A program made the translations under genes and the position numbers. Below the pieces are notes generated by a model. That model saw nothing but the letters and a program-made list of their open reading frames with translations. It was not told the origin of the DNA and did no database searches. Source: Felis catus (taxonomy: Eukaryota). Taken from it: a stretch of 64,000 nucleotides of DNA. Positions 51,696 to 64,000 of the stretch are shown here, piece by piece. The stretch spans positions 106,704,001 to 106,768,000 of the forward strand of contig NC_058368.1 of assembly GCF_018350175.1 (NCBI RefSeq). Direction: 5' to 3'. Every line of letters begins with the position of its first letter. Within the stretch, counting starts at the first letter, position 1.

Positions 51696-53309
51696 TGAAC
51701 TCACTTTCTTTCACTATTTTCCTGAACATTTACTTGAACTACCTTTCACTGTATTTTTCCTGCATCATATTCATATTTCATAAAAAACTTACCAAACAAT
51801 TAGACGTGGTATCTATATGCTGCCTAGTCTACAACTTACTTATTTTAGATACCTCCATCACACCTTAGGATCATAAAATAAAGTGAGTGAGTATTCACTG
51901 TTTGATTTTCCTTTAGCCACGAATTAAAAACACACACACCCTTTTTTTAACATGTGCATTCCCATCTGTAGTTAATTTTGTCGCAATACACATTACAAGG
52001 TCAAAGATGATACTAAATTAGGAAAAGAAAATGTTGCATCTATCTTCGTAGAATGTATTAAATCTTTTCCTCACAAATCCCTGCCTCCTTTGATTTGAGG
52101 ACGATGAGAACTGAAACATGTCAATTGATGTTATTTTTTCCCCCACTTTAAATGACTTTATTCATTTACCTTGTTTCGGTTTGCTTTCAGCTAATATTCA
52201 GTTCTTCCAAATAGTGCCCTTAACCTCTCCTTTGATTCTTTCCATAGCTGAGGTGATTGATGGGCTATAGATCAGAAATCACAGTGCCTTCACTTTCCTC
52301 TGAGACCTTTGCTCTCAGCGTCTTTGCAGTGAATTCCTTTGTCTACAGGCTGGATTTGGCCTCCAAATGCAGTTGGTGGGTTCAACTCAAGAATGTTGGT
52401 TTGGTCAGGGCCCTATAACTACGATTCAACTCTTTCTACCACACTTTTTTTCTTCCCAGCCTTCCCAGGCCCTACCCTTCCAGCTCTTAGTGCTATTAAG
52501 ACCCTGCCAGATCTCAGTCATGTCCCCCCCATGGGTCCCCTGAGTTAAACTGCCCACCCCTCTGGCCTTCTTGATAGCAAGAGTCAAAGTAGGCTCAGAA
52601 ATGACCACACAGCCCTTCTTTCCACCTACTGACCCAGAGGTTTTTTTTTATTCCATGTTTGAGTCATCGTATATTGGTCTGGAGTTTCCCAATTCACTAT
52701 CCTCCAGAGTTCCAAAGGCTACCTACCTCTAATCCTTATCCTTTCTCCTGTGCCCTCAGAGAGAAGCCTGTAGATAACTAAGACATGACTTGTGTGGAAA
52801 TACAAAAGAGAAATGCCAATAATACACCTCAAAATGTATTTTCATGGTATTATACAATGTATAGTATACACTGTACTATACAGTTCTACTTGTTGGGAAT
52901 GAACAAATTGACTTCTCAGTACTTTCCTGCCTTTGTGGTGCTTAACATTCTAAGAGAGAAATGGCCAATATCCATAATGAATAGTTAAATTAATTGGTAT
53001 ATTAAAAGATAAACTGGCATAGAAAAAGGAGTCAGTTTAAGTAAGAGATAATCTGGGAGTTCCAGGGTAGGAAGGGTATTTGTAATTTAAATTTGGTGAT
53101 CAAAATCTGGAGATATCTAGGGAAGGAATGTTCCAGAGTGAAAAGCCAGTGAAGAGGTCTTGAGATGGAAATAACAGGAAAAAGGAAAGCAAAAACAAAA
53201 CAAAACAAACAAACAAAAAACAAGCCAATGCAGCTGGAGTAGAATGAATAAATGGGATGATAATAGAAAATTCTAGATTTTGTATTTCTTTTGACAGCTT
53301 TGGCAAGTT

Positions 53310-56000
53310 GTAAATTTTATTGGTATGCTTTTTTTATATATTACCTTGATGTCTTTAGGATTGTAGAGACATTTCCTTATTCTTTGTGTGTGTGTTGATA
53401 ATTTGTACTTGTCTCTCTTTTTATTCTTGGTCGGTTTACTAGGGAATTAGCAATTTTGCCAGTTTGCTTTTACATTTGTTTTATAGTTCATTGGTTTTGC
53501 TCTTTATTATTTCTTTCCCTTTCTTTTCTTAAGCTTTGATGCTCTCTTCTTTTCCCAGCTCCTGGAAGGAATTTTAATCATTGATTTCAGTCTCTTTTGT
53601 TTTTTATAATATATGCTGTGAATTTCCCTAAGCACTGTCATTTCAGCCCACACATTTTTTATGTGTTCTATTTTTACTGTAGCCATGTTTAACGTATTTT
53701 CTAATTTTCATTATAATTGCTTTCACTTGTGGACTGTTTAGAAGAGTATCATCTTATGTGTAAGCAGTTTGGGTTTTTCTAGTTACCTTTTTAGTTCCTG
53801 ATTTCTAAATTATTTCCATTTTGGCCAATGAACAAACTTTGGATTATTTCCACTTTTTTTTTCACTACTCAGTATGAATATGGCCATAAATGTACCTTGT
53901 CCACTTAAAAAGAGAGAATTGGGGCATCTGGGTGACTCAATTGGTTGAGTGTCCTACCTCGACTCAGGTCATGATCTCATGGCTGGTGAGTTCAAGCCCT
54001 GCATAGGGCTCTGTGCTGACAGCTCAGAGCCAGGAGTCTGCTCTGGATTATGCGTCTCCCTCTCTCTCTCGGCCTTTCCCCACTTGTGCTCTGTCTCTCA
54101 AAAATAAGTAAACATTAAAAATTTTTAAAAAAGAAAAACAGAGAATTTTGTTGGGTGCCATGTTCTGTTATGTCAATTAAGAGAGATTTGCTAATATTTT
54201 GTTCAGATCTCTTATGTCTTGAGTAAATTTTTTTATGGTTGTTTTATCAGCTATTAAAAGAGACTTGTTAAGTCTTCCAGTTTAACTGTGGATTTGTCTT
54301 TCTCTCTTAATTCTGTTCATTTTTACTATATATACATTTTGAGGCTTAGTTGTTGAGTAAATACAGAAAAGAACTGTGAAGTCCTCTTGTTGCCGTGATC
54401 CTTTTATCGTAAAAAAAAAAAAAAAAAAAACAATAGGGGCGCCTGGGTGGCTCAGTCGGTTAAGCATCCGACTTCAGCTCAGGTCACGATCTCACGGTCC
54501 GTGAATTCGAGCCCCGCGTCGGGCTCTGGGCTGATGATGGCCCAGAGCCTGGAGCCTGCTTCCGATTCTGTGTCTCCCTCTCTCTCTGACCCTCCCCCAT
54601 TCATGCTCTGTCTCTCTCTGTCTCAAAAAAAATAAATGTTAAAAAAAAATTTAAAAAAAAAAAGAAAAAAGAAAAAAAAAACAATAAAACACCCCTCTTT
54701 ATCTCTCTAGATGCTTATGGCTTAAATTCAATTTGTCTAATTTTCTATATTTGTAATATTTACATTGTCACTCTTTCTCTATTTTGGTTGATGTTTGCAT
54801 ATTACATTGTTTTCTGTTCTTTTACTTCTAACTTATTTATATTCTTTTTCTTAAGCTGTATCTCTTGTAAGCACAATACACTTAAGGTTTATTTTTTTAA
54901 TCCAGACTTACAATCTTAGTTTGGATTCAGCCTAGTGTTTTTTTTCATTCATTTATTCCAACTTTATCAAGATAAAATTGACAGGTAAAAGTTGTATATA
55001 TGTAAACAATGTGATGTTTTAGTATACATCAGGCATTATAAAATGATTATGACAATCAACTTAATTCACACATCTCTCACCTTCGAGAACTTAAATATCC
55101 ATTCAGTTTGGCAGTCACACACAGTTTCCATGGTATAGTCTTTTTTATTTAATGAAAATCATAATTTGAAATGCTTTCTTTCTGTTTATTTACTATTTCA
55201 CTTTATTTCATGTTTCTTTTTTTCTTTGTTTCTTGCCTTTTAAAAATAGGTAAATCTAATATTGGTATGCCATTTTCAATCGCTGTAATTGTTAATTATG
55301 TATTATTTTACTATTGTTTTGTAATTGCCTTATATATAATGACATGTATCATTTTACTGCTGATTATTGCTAGAACTTTTGAACTCTTGAACTCCGTTTA
55401 TCTCCCGATGACGTATTGTTGCTTGTACTTTAGTTCTCTATATTTTAAATTTTGGAAGACATTAAAATTGATGGTTAAGGTGGACCACCTGAGTAGCTCA
55501 GTCGGTTAAGCATCTGACTTCTGACTCTTGACCCCAGCTGGGTCTTGATCTCAGTGTTTTGCGTTGGAGTCCCCTAGGCATGCTCCCCTCCACACTGGGC
55601 ATGGAGCCTACTTAAAAAAAATTGATGTTTTGTGTATTTGGTATTAATTTATAGTTACACATATATTTACTCTTTCTGGTGTTCTGTATTTCCTCCTCTT
55701 TATTTTCATGTTTTAGTCTGGAATTTTTCCTTCTGTTTGAAGAAATTTAACATTTCTTTACACAAGTATTTTGATGTAAAGTGTCACGAAGAAGGGGTTT
55801 CTTTTTTTATTCACAGAAAGATACATTTGGGTTGTGGTAGCCCAGTGAATGTAGATCTCAAGCTTCCCACCTTTGTGTTAAAAACGTCTTTCCTTCATTA
55901 ACATGTTCTCTCTAGTTTTTATTTAGGTAATGGTCTCCTTCTCACAATGGCTGTTTCTTCACTTGGTTTGTCGTTTTTATTTGTGAGTTTGTCTTCAGTG
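53310..56000 (-). mobile_element. Old antisense L1 relic(s) carrying SINEs at 53921-54135(+), 54436-54670(+) and 55479-55621(+, short type)
   Basis: T-rich L1 ORF2 antisense text (gctgtgaatttccctaagcactg; aactgtggatttgtc; tatctcttgtaagcaca). Confidence 0.68.
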
Positions 56001-56389
56001 AAACTGTTTCTTCTGTGGGAATTCTATGCTTGCTGAGATGATCAAGTGTCTTGTCACAGTGATGCCTCATTTGTTTTTACTGACAAGGTTTTTTCCAATC
56101 CTGTATGATCCCCAAATTGTATGATAGGCTTGTACGTTATATTTATGGCTTCATATTCCTATGGCTTCATAGCCTATGCATGACGGTGGTTTCGGTTCCA
56201 CTGTGTTAACGGAGCCTTTCCTGGCGTACCCAGAACTTTGAGCTATGATTCCTTGTTGCTTTCCTGCATGTGGACTTTTGAGGTTATTTTCAAGCATTAA
56301 CAGCATTTCCAGGCTTTCTAATTTGTGTATAGATCTCAGTTCCTTGCTCCTTAATGCCTGTCCTTGCAGACATTTTGAAACCGCACCAT

Positions 56390-56604
56390 TATTTTTTTTA
56401 ATTTTTTTTTTTATCTTTGAGAGAGAGAGAGAAGAGAGCGAGCAAGCATGAGCAGGAGAGGGACAGAGAGAGAAGGGGACACAGGATGTCAGCAGGCTGT
56501 GTGCTGACAGGATTGAGCCCAATGTGGGGCTCAGACTCATGAACTGTGAGATTATGACCTGAGCTGAAGTCAGATGCTCAACCGACTGAGCCACCCAGGT
56601 GCCC
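56390..56604 (-). mobile_element. CanSINE
   Basis: TSD gaaaccgcacc / gaagccgcacc. Confidence 0.9.
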
Positions 56605-58027
56605 GGAAGCCGCACCCGTTATTTAATAAGACTTGTATCTTTTCTGATATCCAGATTCTAACAACATTAAATCATGATATTATCCTCTAGATTTGAAAAA
56701 TTTTTAAGCTTTATTCTTGCACTTGGTAATCTTTTTTCTTCAAACTTAGTGATACATCAAAAACTTTGTTCATTACATTTTATCTGGCACTCTATGTGTT
56801 TTTCACAAAAGGACTGTCAGCCTACCATGTTGTGGGAACACATAAACAACATTTTAATGTCTATAAAATAGTCTGCCTTTTCAACCACAGAGATGCACTA
56901 TAGTTTTTATTAAACTAATATTCTATTTCTTGTTTTTGGAATTCACTTTTTTCTTAGTATTCTTAGAAACTGTACTACGAAGAATGTTATGGATTAATCA
57001 TTTAAGAGAATCTGGAAGCCTACTTTTTTAAATACATTTATAACTATACCGATATTAAACTCATAACTTACATAATTGTACTTTTATATTCCTGAATCAT
57101 CATCATCTTGGCTTGTGATGGAATAGAGGCGGATAATTATTGAATTAGTAAGGCAAGTTATTGTAGAATATGTTCAAAGTCCAATTTGAACATAATCATG
57201 TAAATGGGCTTCGTGTGATGTGGGTGCCATCTCATTAAGTCATTCTAAATTTTTTTTTTCTAATTCGTGGACAAAATACATTTTGATTCTTCAAAATACA
57301 TTTTGATTCTTCAAAATTACATTTTTATTTAGGACCCCACATTGAGTTAACACTTTATATTGGTCTTTGTTTCCAGGAATTTCATCAATGCAGTTCATTT
57401 CATACACCCCCTTCTTGCAGATATGCTAAATACCTATTGAGGCAGAAATGTACTACGTGGCTTGCACATTGAACGAACCTAACTTACCCTTCTGTGAGCA
57501 ATATCAACTCTCATCACCATCTCCTTTTCCCTGCTCAGTCCTTTGTTCAGGAAATTACCCCCAAACTTCCCCTGCTTTTCCTTGGCTGACCTCTGGCCAC
57601 TCAGTGATAACCACCAAGCTGTTTCCTTCTCTAAAAGCCTCTCCTACCTTGATTTTTCCCTCTCTGGTGTTTCCTTTTATTCTTCCATAATGTTTTAGGT
57701 ACCTTTAGATTTTAATGATCACATTTTAAAATGAGTATTTATTTTGTGGCTCGTGCTCCTGAAGGTATGCTCAGCATGTATTCATTTTTTTTCCTTGTTC
57801 TATTAGGCCTCAAATAATAGTAGGACTCCTAGGTGAATAACTTTTTTTCTCATAAGGTACAATCCTAGAACAAATATCTTTCCTAGAACTGTGAACGATT
57901 TTGTGCCAGCAGAGACAAGATTTTGAACTTAGGTAGTCTAGTTGGTGCTTAAAGGCAATACCAGTGGAGCTGGAGAACTTACTTTTGTTAGTATACATCC
58001 ATCGGACATCATAAAAACTGATTTCCT

Positions 58028-58230
58028 GGGGCACCTGGGTGGCTCCATTGGGTGAGAATCCAACTCTTAGTTTCAGCTCAGGTGATGATCTCAGGGTCTT
58101 TGAGTTGGAGCCCAGCATTGGACTCTGCACCGACAGTGCGAAGCCTGCTTGGAATTCTCTCCCCCTCTCTCTGCCCCTCCCCCACTCATGCTCTTTCTCT
58201 CTCTCTCTCTCAAAATAAATAAACATGTTT
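58028..58230 (+). mobile_element. CanSINE
   Basis: TSD aaaaactgatttcct. Confidence 0.92.
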
Positions 58231-58991
58231 CAAAAACTGATTTCCTGATTTGTCCACTATTGTAACACGCTTCCTGTGGAGTTTTAGGGCTCTATGATTA
58301 TCTTGATGAGGTATCATATTACATTCCAGGATTGTATGTGTTGTTTTCAGATGAGAGATTCTGTTCAGTCCTCACACATGACTTGATTCATTTTTAGGTG
58401 GGAAATTAGAGAGATTTTTGGTATGCTTTTTGTTTGTACAAACTTTTATATTAAAAGGGTACCTTAAAAAGAGTCTGTATTATATCTATCTTTAAATAAC
58501 AGCTGTGTTAAATCCTTTCTCCTTCTAAACTCTACCCCTTATTATAATAAGAAACATATGAGTTTTTGAAAGGAACTGAAAAGCATAGGCTTTTAGACAG
58601 AATAATGCAAGTCATTTAAATTAGTCATGGTTAGAATTATTCTCCATAACTTTCAAGTTAAAGAAAATCTCCTTTGTGGGCCAAATGTAAGACAATGAAA
58701 TTTAAATTTATCAGAATCTTAGTTGAAGATTCTAACTGTACACATAAGTAAAAAGAGAATAGGAATACAGGATCATCTTATTTGTTAAATTGCGTCATGG
58801 TCTATAAGAGATTCTGTTAATTACTCTTTAAATTTCATAGACATGATTATCATACTTATGTCTTTTAATCTTCTCATTGTAAAAGTATTATAAACCCATG
58901 ATTTGGAAAATTGGACAAGAGGGAGAAAAGTTACTTATTATTTCTCTGTCATATAATACAGTTGCTATTAGCAAGTTAGCATATTGATGTA

Positions 58992-59098
58992 GTTTTTTGA
59001 TTTGTTTTAAGTAAGCTCTATGCTCAACATGGGGCTTGAACTCATGACTCTGAGATCAAGAGTCACGTGCTCTACTTCTGAGCCAGCCAGGTGCCCCC
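58992..59098 (-). mobile_element. Short tRNA-Lys-like SINE variant
   Basis: Same type as 37213 and 51593. Confidence 0.82.
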
Positions 59099-60361
59099 AA
59101 ATTTGTGTAGTCTTTTTGTTCTCTTGTGAAAATGTGGTGGTCTGCATTTTTTAATACTTAGGTGTAATCATACCTCTATGCCAATATGTACTCATTTTAA
59201 AATTCTGTTTTATTGTATGTAAATTCATATTTTATGGTATAAAATATATGTCTTTTATATTATAAATTATATTCTTTTCAATACCATATTTTTTTCATGA
59301 CTACACAGTAGTCATTGATTTCCCATAACCTGGCGAGGAATCTAGGGCCCCCAGAGACATTACAGTTCTTTCTTTCTCTTCCCCTATCCATAGGTCTGGT
59401 GCTAGGAAAATACCAACGTTGTATACCTGTAACATTTCTCTTGCTTCCCGCTGCTGCTTCTAAGTCAAAATCTCTCCTGTCCTCATATAAAAACTCTTCA
59501 GTTGTGATGGAAGCTCTTGAGCTTTACCGTCTTAACTGTCACTGTCACTGTCACTGTGGTGGATTGTTCTCCTTTATTGTCTCCCCCATTTCGTGTGGAT
59601 GTTGGCCATCTTTCTCTCTGCTTCTTGAGTTCATTCAGGTGTAACTTCACGTTATACCATCAGTCCACCCAACACTACTTAATAATTATTTCCCCTCAAT
59701 CTGGATGCCAGCTACCTTTCTCTACCCTTGTGCCAGTAGTTAATCATATCATGGAATTTCACCTCTGAAATCTTAAGTCTCTAAATCTCAATCTCTTATC
59801 ATAATCTCTAGTACTTTTTCAGAGAATATCTGTTCCTTGTCTTCATTGCTGACTCCATTGTATGGACAACTGTATTGTTTTCCCAAATTATCTGTTTTCC
59901 TTTGACATTACTTCTTCACCTATCCAGTGCTACAAGTTCTGTCCCTTCGTTCCCCATCAATTTTACTGCCAACTGTTACACGTTTTCATCCTTCCTTTAA
60001 ACCTGTTTGAAAAATCCCAGCCCAAATTTAATCCAAGTAGTACTCTTCTGTGTTTCAACCATTAGGTTGGATATCATTCATTTGGGCATATTAGTGAGAG
60101 TCTAGGTTTGTGCTCTCCATCCTGAGCTGAACCATCTGTTTTCTGACCCATGAATTAAGTTTTCCCCTAGTACTTAATCAGTTCTCTTTCCTGTTTCTCT
60201 CACTATTCCAAGCTTATGTTTCTTTTAAAAAAATGCTATCTAACTCCCATCTACCTTTGACCTACACCTCACATAACATTGCATCCTTTTTCACTTGAAA
60301 TACAAGAATATCAAAAAATAACTCCTTTAACTTAACGAACTGTATCTATTAAAGTCCTCCT

Positions 60362-60568
60362 GGGGCACCTGGGTGGCTCAGTCCGTTACTTTGGCTTAGG
60401 CCATGATCTCCCGGTTTGTGTGTTAGAGCCCCACATCGGGCTCTGTGCTAACAGCTAGGAGCCCATAGCCTGCTTCGCATTCTCTGTCTCCCTCTCCCTC
60501 TGTTCCTCCCCTGCTCATTCTTTGTCTCTCTTTCTGTCAAAAATAAATAAACATCAAAAATAAAAATA
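60362..60568 (+). mobile_element. CanSINE
   Basis: TSD taaagtcctc. Confidence 0.9.
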
Positions 60569-61527
60569 AAGTCCTCGAGCAATCATACTCCATTGTGAAA
60601 CTATAAACATTCCTATTAATATTGTCAGGAAAACAAGGTGTTTGATACCACCCATATTTCAATAGTACATTGGAAATCCTAGCCAATGTAGTAAGATAAC
60701 AGCAAAATATGGAAAAATGTATCAATCTAGAATAGAAAAAAATAATATGGAAGAGGTAAGAATTGGAAACAAGCAACAGTACTCTTGTTGGTGGGAACAA
60801 TATATTTCAAGTAGTATAGGAGAAGAGATATAAAATTTATTAAAGTGACTGAATTTGCTATGTCCTGGTCCATACAGCAAAGAGATATATGAAATTATGA
60901 CAGCCTATGTTAGCCAACTTTTAATCTATGTATGGTGATGAGCTTATTTTGGTTTGGCGAAATATATGGGCATCCTGAGGGAAATTTGTACTGCACAGTG
61001 GTCTTTGACATGCTGATTATAGATGAACTTAATTTAGTATTTTAGTGGGACATTTAGTCTTGAAGTATATATTTATTTAAATTTCTAAATGCTCCAGAGA
61101 ATTTTAAATATCCTATTAAGAGGAGCTACTTTTCTTTCACACTTCTTCCCTCCTTCACTCCTTCCTTCTATCTTTCTTTCCTTCTTCCCTTCAACTATAA
61201 TGCAAGGTTAGTTACTCTCTTGTGTTTGTTTTCCATACTTTGTTGCATTAATAAGTGCCTGACTTAGCTCTCTGAAAAATCACATTATGTTTCTTCAAGC
61301 ATTTCTTAAAGTTTTGTATTGGATTTGTTATTTAGTAGAGCTCGATAACAACTATGTTTTTGTCTTCCTTTTTTTCTCCCTTCCCTAACCCCTCTGCGTT
61401 TATCCCTACCTTCTTCTTTCCTTCAAACCAGACCTTGACTGTTTTAATCAGCCAAATGAAGTAGTATGGCTTGTCACTTGTCTATTCATCCCTTCATCCA
61501 TCTATCCATTCATAAAGAAGTAATTTC

Positions 61528-61730
61528 GGGGCACCTGGGTGGCTCAGTCAGTTAAGCGTCCAACTTTTGGTTTCCACTGAGGTCATGATTTCGTACCTGG
61601 TGAGATGGAGCCCCATGTCAGGCTCTGTGCTGACAGCACGGAGCCTGTTTGGAATTCTCTCCCTGTCTCTCTGCCCCTCTGCTGTGCTCTCTTTCTCTTG
61701 CAAAATAAATAAATAAACTTTTTTTAAGAA
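61528..61730 (+). mobile_element. CanSINE
   Basis: TSD aaagaagtaatttc. Confidence 0.92.
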
Positions 61731-63320
61731 AAGAAGTAATTTCATCTATTTGTACCTTTTATATTTTAATAAAATATTTCTAAATATATAGACATTTATG
61801 TATTTCTTTATGTATTTCATCTTTATGTATTTAATCTCTTGGCTATTTCTTCCTGTAGTTATGTTTTAAAAGTAGTATGTTTATACTGCATTTTACTGAG
61901 AGAATGTATCTTCATTTTCTTGATAGGCCAGTGAATACCAGGCCTTGACATTTTACTCGAAGGTTTGAATGAGTATTTGAGGATTTCAGACATACTTTCA
62001 TCTAATCTCCATTTTCAGTCCCCGAGCAATGCCTCTGTCAAACCTGTCTGTCTCAGCCTTGAACCTCTGTGGGGTTCTACCACATTCATAAAATCCTCCT
62101 CTGTTTAATTTGGGCATGGGTCTACTAAATCGGTTCATGTTCTTGTATGAACCTTCTGTTTTTCCAAAACATGGGCAAGGTGATTTACTCTTTTAGTTAA
62201 ATGTAATCATTCCATAACACTATTTTTTTATGTTTCTGAAGACAGAAAAAAAGTCTCAAGTAGTTAGCTAACCATCTTCAACTAGGGGCCACTCTGCACT
62301 AAATTATAATCAGCGGGAAAAACTAAATGTTAGTTGGCATATGGATTTAAAGTTCATTTCAAATCTTTATTTTATAATATTTAGTACTCATGTGTTCTTT
62401 GGCAAGTCATTCCACTTGTCCAGGCCTTAATTTCTTCATATAATGAGCTTAGATGTATTTTATACAGATAGGAGGATTCCGGAGCATATAGATAATTCAA
62501 TAACACTAGATATTATTTTAATAAACTTTGTTATTTAAAAATGCATTAAAACTTACACTTGCAAGGTTATATAGTTCTTTGTGTTCAAGGATATTTCTTC
62601 AGAGGTATTTATTAATTAGTAAAATGGTACATGAATCTTTGATGAAAGAGTATCAATGATTTCACATACTGTGTTACTGCTAATTCAAACCAAAAGATCA
62701 ACTATCTTGCAGAAATTATTGGCTTAACTAATATTTCATTATCTTATACTCTGCAGTTGGGCCATCTTATAAGGCAAGAAATTTTCAGAGGAAATACTTT
62801 TCAGTATTCAATCACAGTTTTTTCGTTGTATTAGTTAAAATTGTATTTTACAAAATAAAATTTTTAAATATATTAACTCAGAATATAAATGTGAGTTCAA
62901 GAATGTCTTATATGCCGTTTATTTTATTTTAGGGTTTTTTTGCAACTACATTATTCACAAGAATTGAAAAATACTTAATTTAATCATTGCTTTTTAATTT
63001 GTATTTTCCAAGTTGTGACCATTCATGACAATGAAAACTGGTATTTCCAAAATGTATTCTTATAGTATGCTTTTTTGAGAATTGGACAATTGATGAAATA
63101 ATTTAATCTGAGATATTAAATTGAGAAGAGTGTTAAGAGTTTACTGAGTGACTAATACACAATTTCTCTTATAATTTCATTCATAAGGACTAGATATCAC
63201 AGCTTAATATAGACATATTTGAATGTAAGGAATTTCATTTTTCAGTTTTTTCTACTGATTCCTAGCATAAAGGTTTACATTTGAATCTGAAATGTGATAA
63301 TTCATGTTTGTGTCTTCTAG

Positions 63321-63426
63321 GTATAGCTTATTTGAGTGGAATGTGTAGTGAAAAGAGAAAATGTATTATTGCTGAAGACAATGGCTTGAATCTTGCATTT
63401 ACAATTGCTCATGAAATGGGTCACAA
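63321..63426 (+). CDS. ADAMTS19: ADAMTS19 coding exon carrying the first part of the zinc-binding motif, 106 nt, phase 1 to 2
   Basis: tgtcttctag|GT ATA...CAC AA|gtaagt; (G)[34 protein letters not shown](N), which contains the reprolysin HExxH. Confidence 0.96.
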
Positions 63427-63797
63427 GTAAGTAAAAATTCTGGCTATGCCACATATTGGCATATAGCTTTGTAATTTGAGTTATTGAATTGCATGCATAT
63501 CTTTTGGGTTTTTTAGGGGGAGGGGCTCAGGTGTTTTAAAAATTAGGGAAACAAAAAGAGGTGGTCAAGATCATCTAAATTTAAAGAGTATCTTCTAAAT
63601 ATTGTAACTATTCCCGATACTTTGAATAAAATCTTATTACATTATTAAAATTGACATTAGGACATGACACATGTTTCACTTCACTACACATTTCCAAATA
63701 ATATAAACATGACAATAATCATGACACTACAAAGCTATATATTATCCACATGTCGGAAGAAAACACTTTGTACAAATTAAAATACTTCCAAACTATA

Positions 63798-63851
63798 ATA
63801 GTATAGTATAGTATAGTATAGTATAGTATAGTATAGTATAGTATAGTATAG
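63798..63851. repeat. (ATAGT)n pentanucleotide microsatellite
   Basis: About 11 perfect units, roughly 370 nt after the last exon. Confidence 0.92.
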
Positions 63852-64000
63852 TGTAATAGTATTTGTTATTACCCTATACAGAGTAAAAGCCAATTAATCT
63901 GCATGGTTTGAAGTAATGTACTTGAAAGAAACTTCACCTGTTCACCCAGTTAATATGTAATGAACAGTCTGTCTCAGGAACAGGTCTAAGTACTTTACCT

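Overview
AT-rich mammalian genomic DNA from a carnivore, most likely a felid: it carries about 45 CanSINEs, including near-identical young copies of the cat-type SINEC_Fc class. The whole window lies inside the + strand gene ADAMTS19. Five coding exons (7804-7976, 9621-9704, 10388-10545, 27059-27102, 63321-63426) splice with canonical AG/GT ends and matching phases into one 565-nt open frame. That frame runs from the end of the prodomain (furin site RGKR) through the metalloprotease domain to the zinc motif HEMGH. The rest is intron, filled with SINEs, old L1 relics, MLT1 solo LTRs, DNA transposon fossils (Charlie1a-, Tigger2a- and MER94-like), MIR/L2 fragments and microsatellites. Nearly all ORFs in the supplied track are spurious. 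I see no convincing novel biological system. The leads most worth checking are three: a perfect 87-bp inverted repeat around a TA-rich array that copies a SINE tail and TSD; inverted SINEs tightly bracketing three exons (a predicted 415-nt circRNA); and a palindromic P3K homeodomain site plus an MCAT motif just after exon 10388-10545. Repeat family names come from recalled consensus sequences, and repeat boundaries are approximate.
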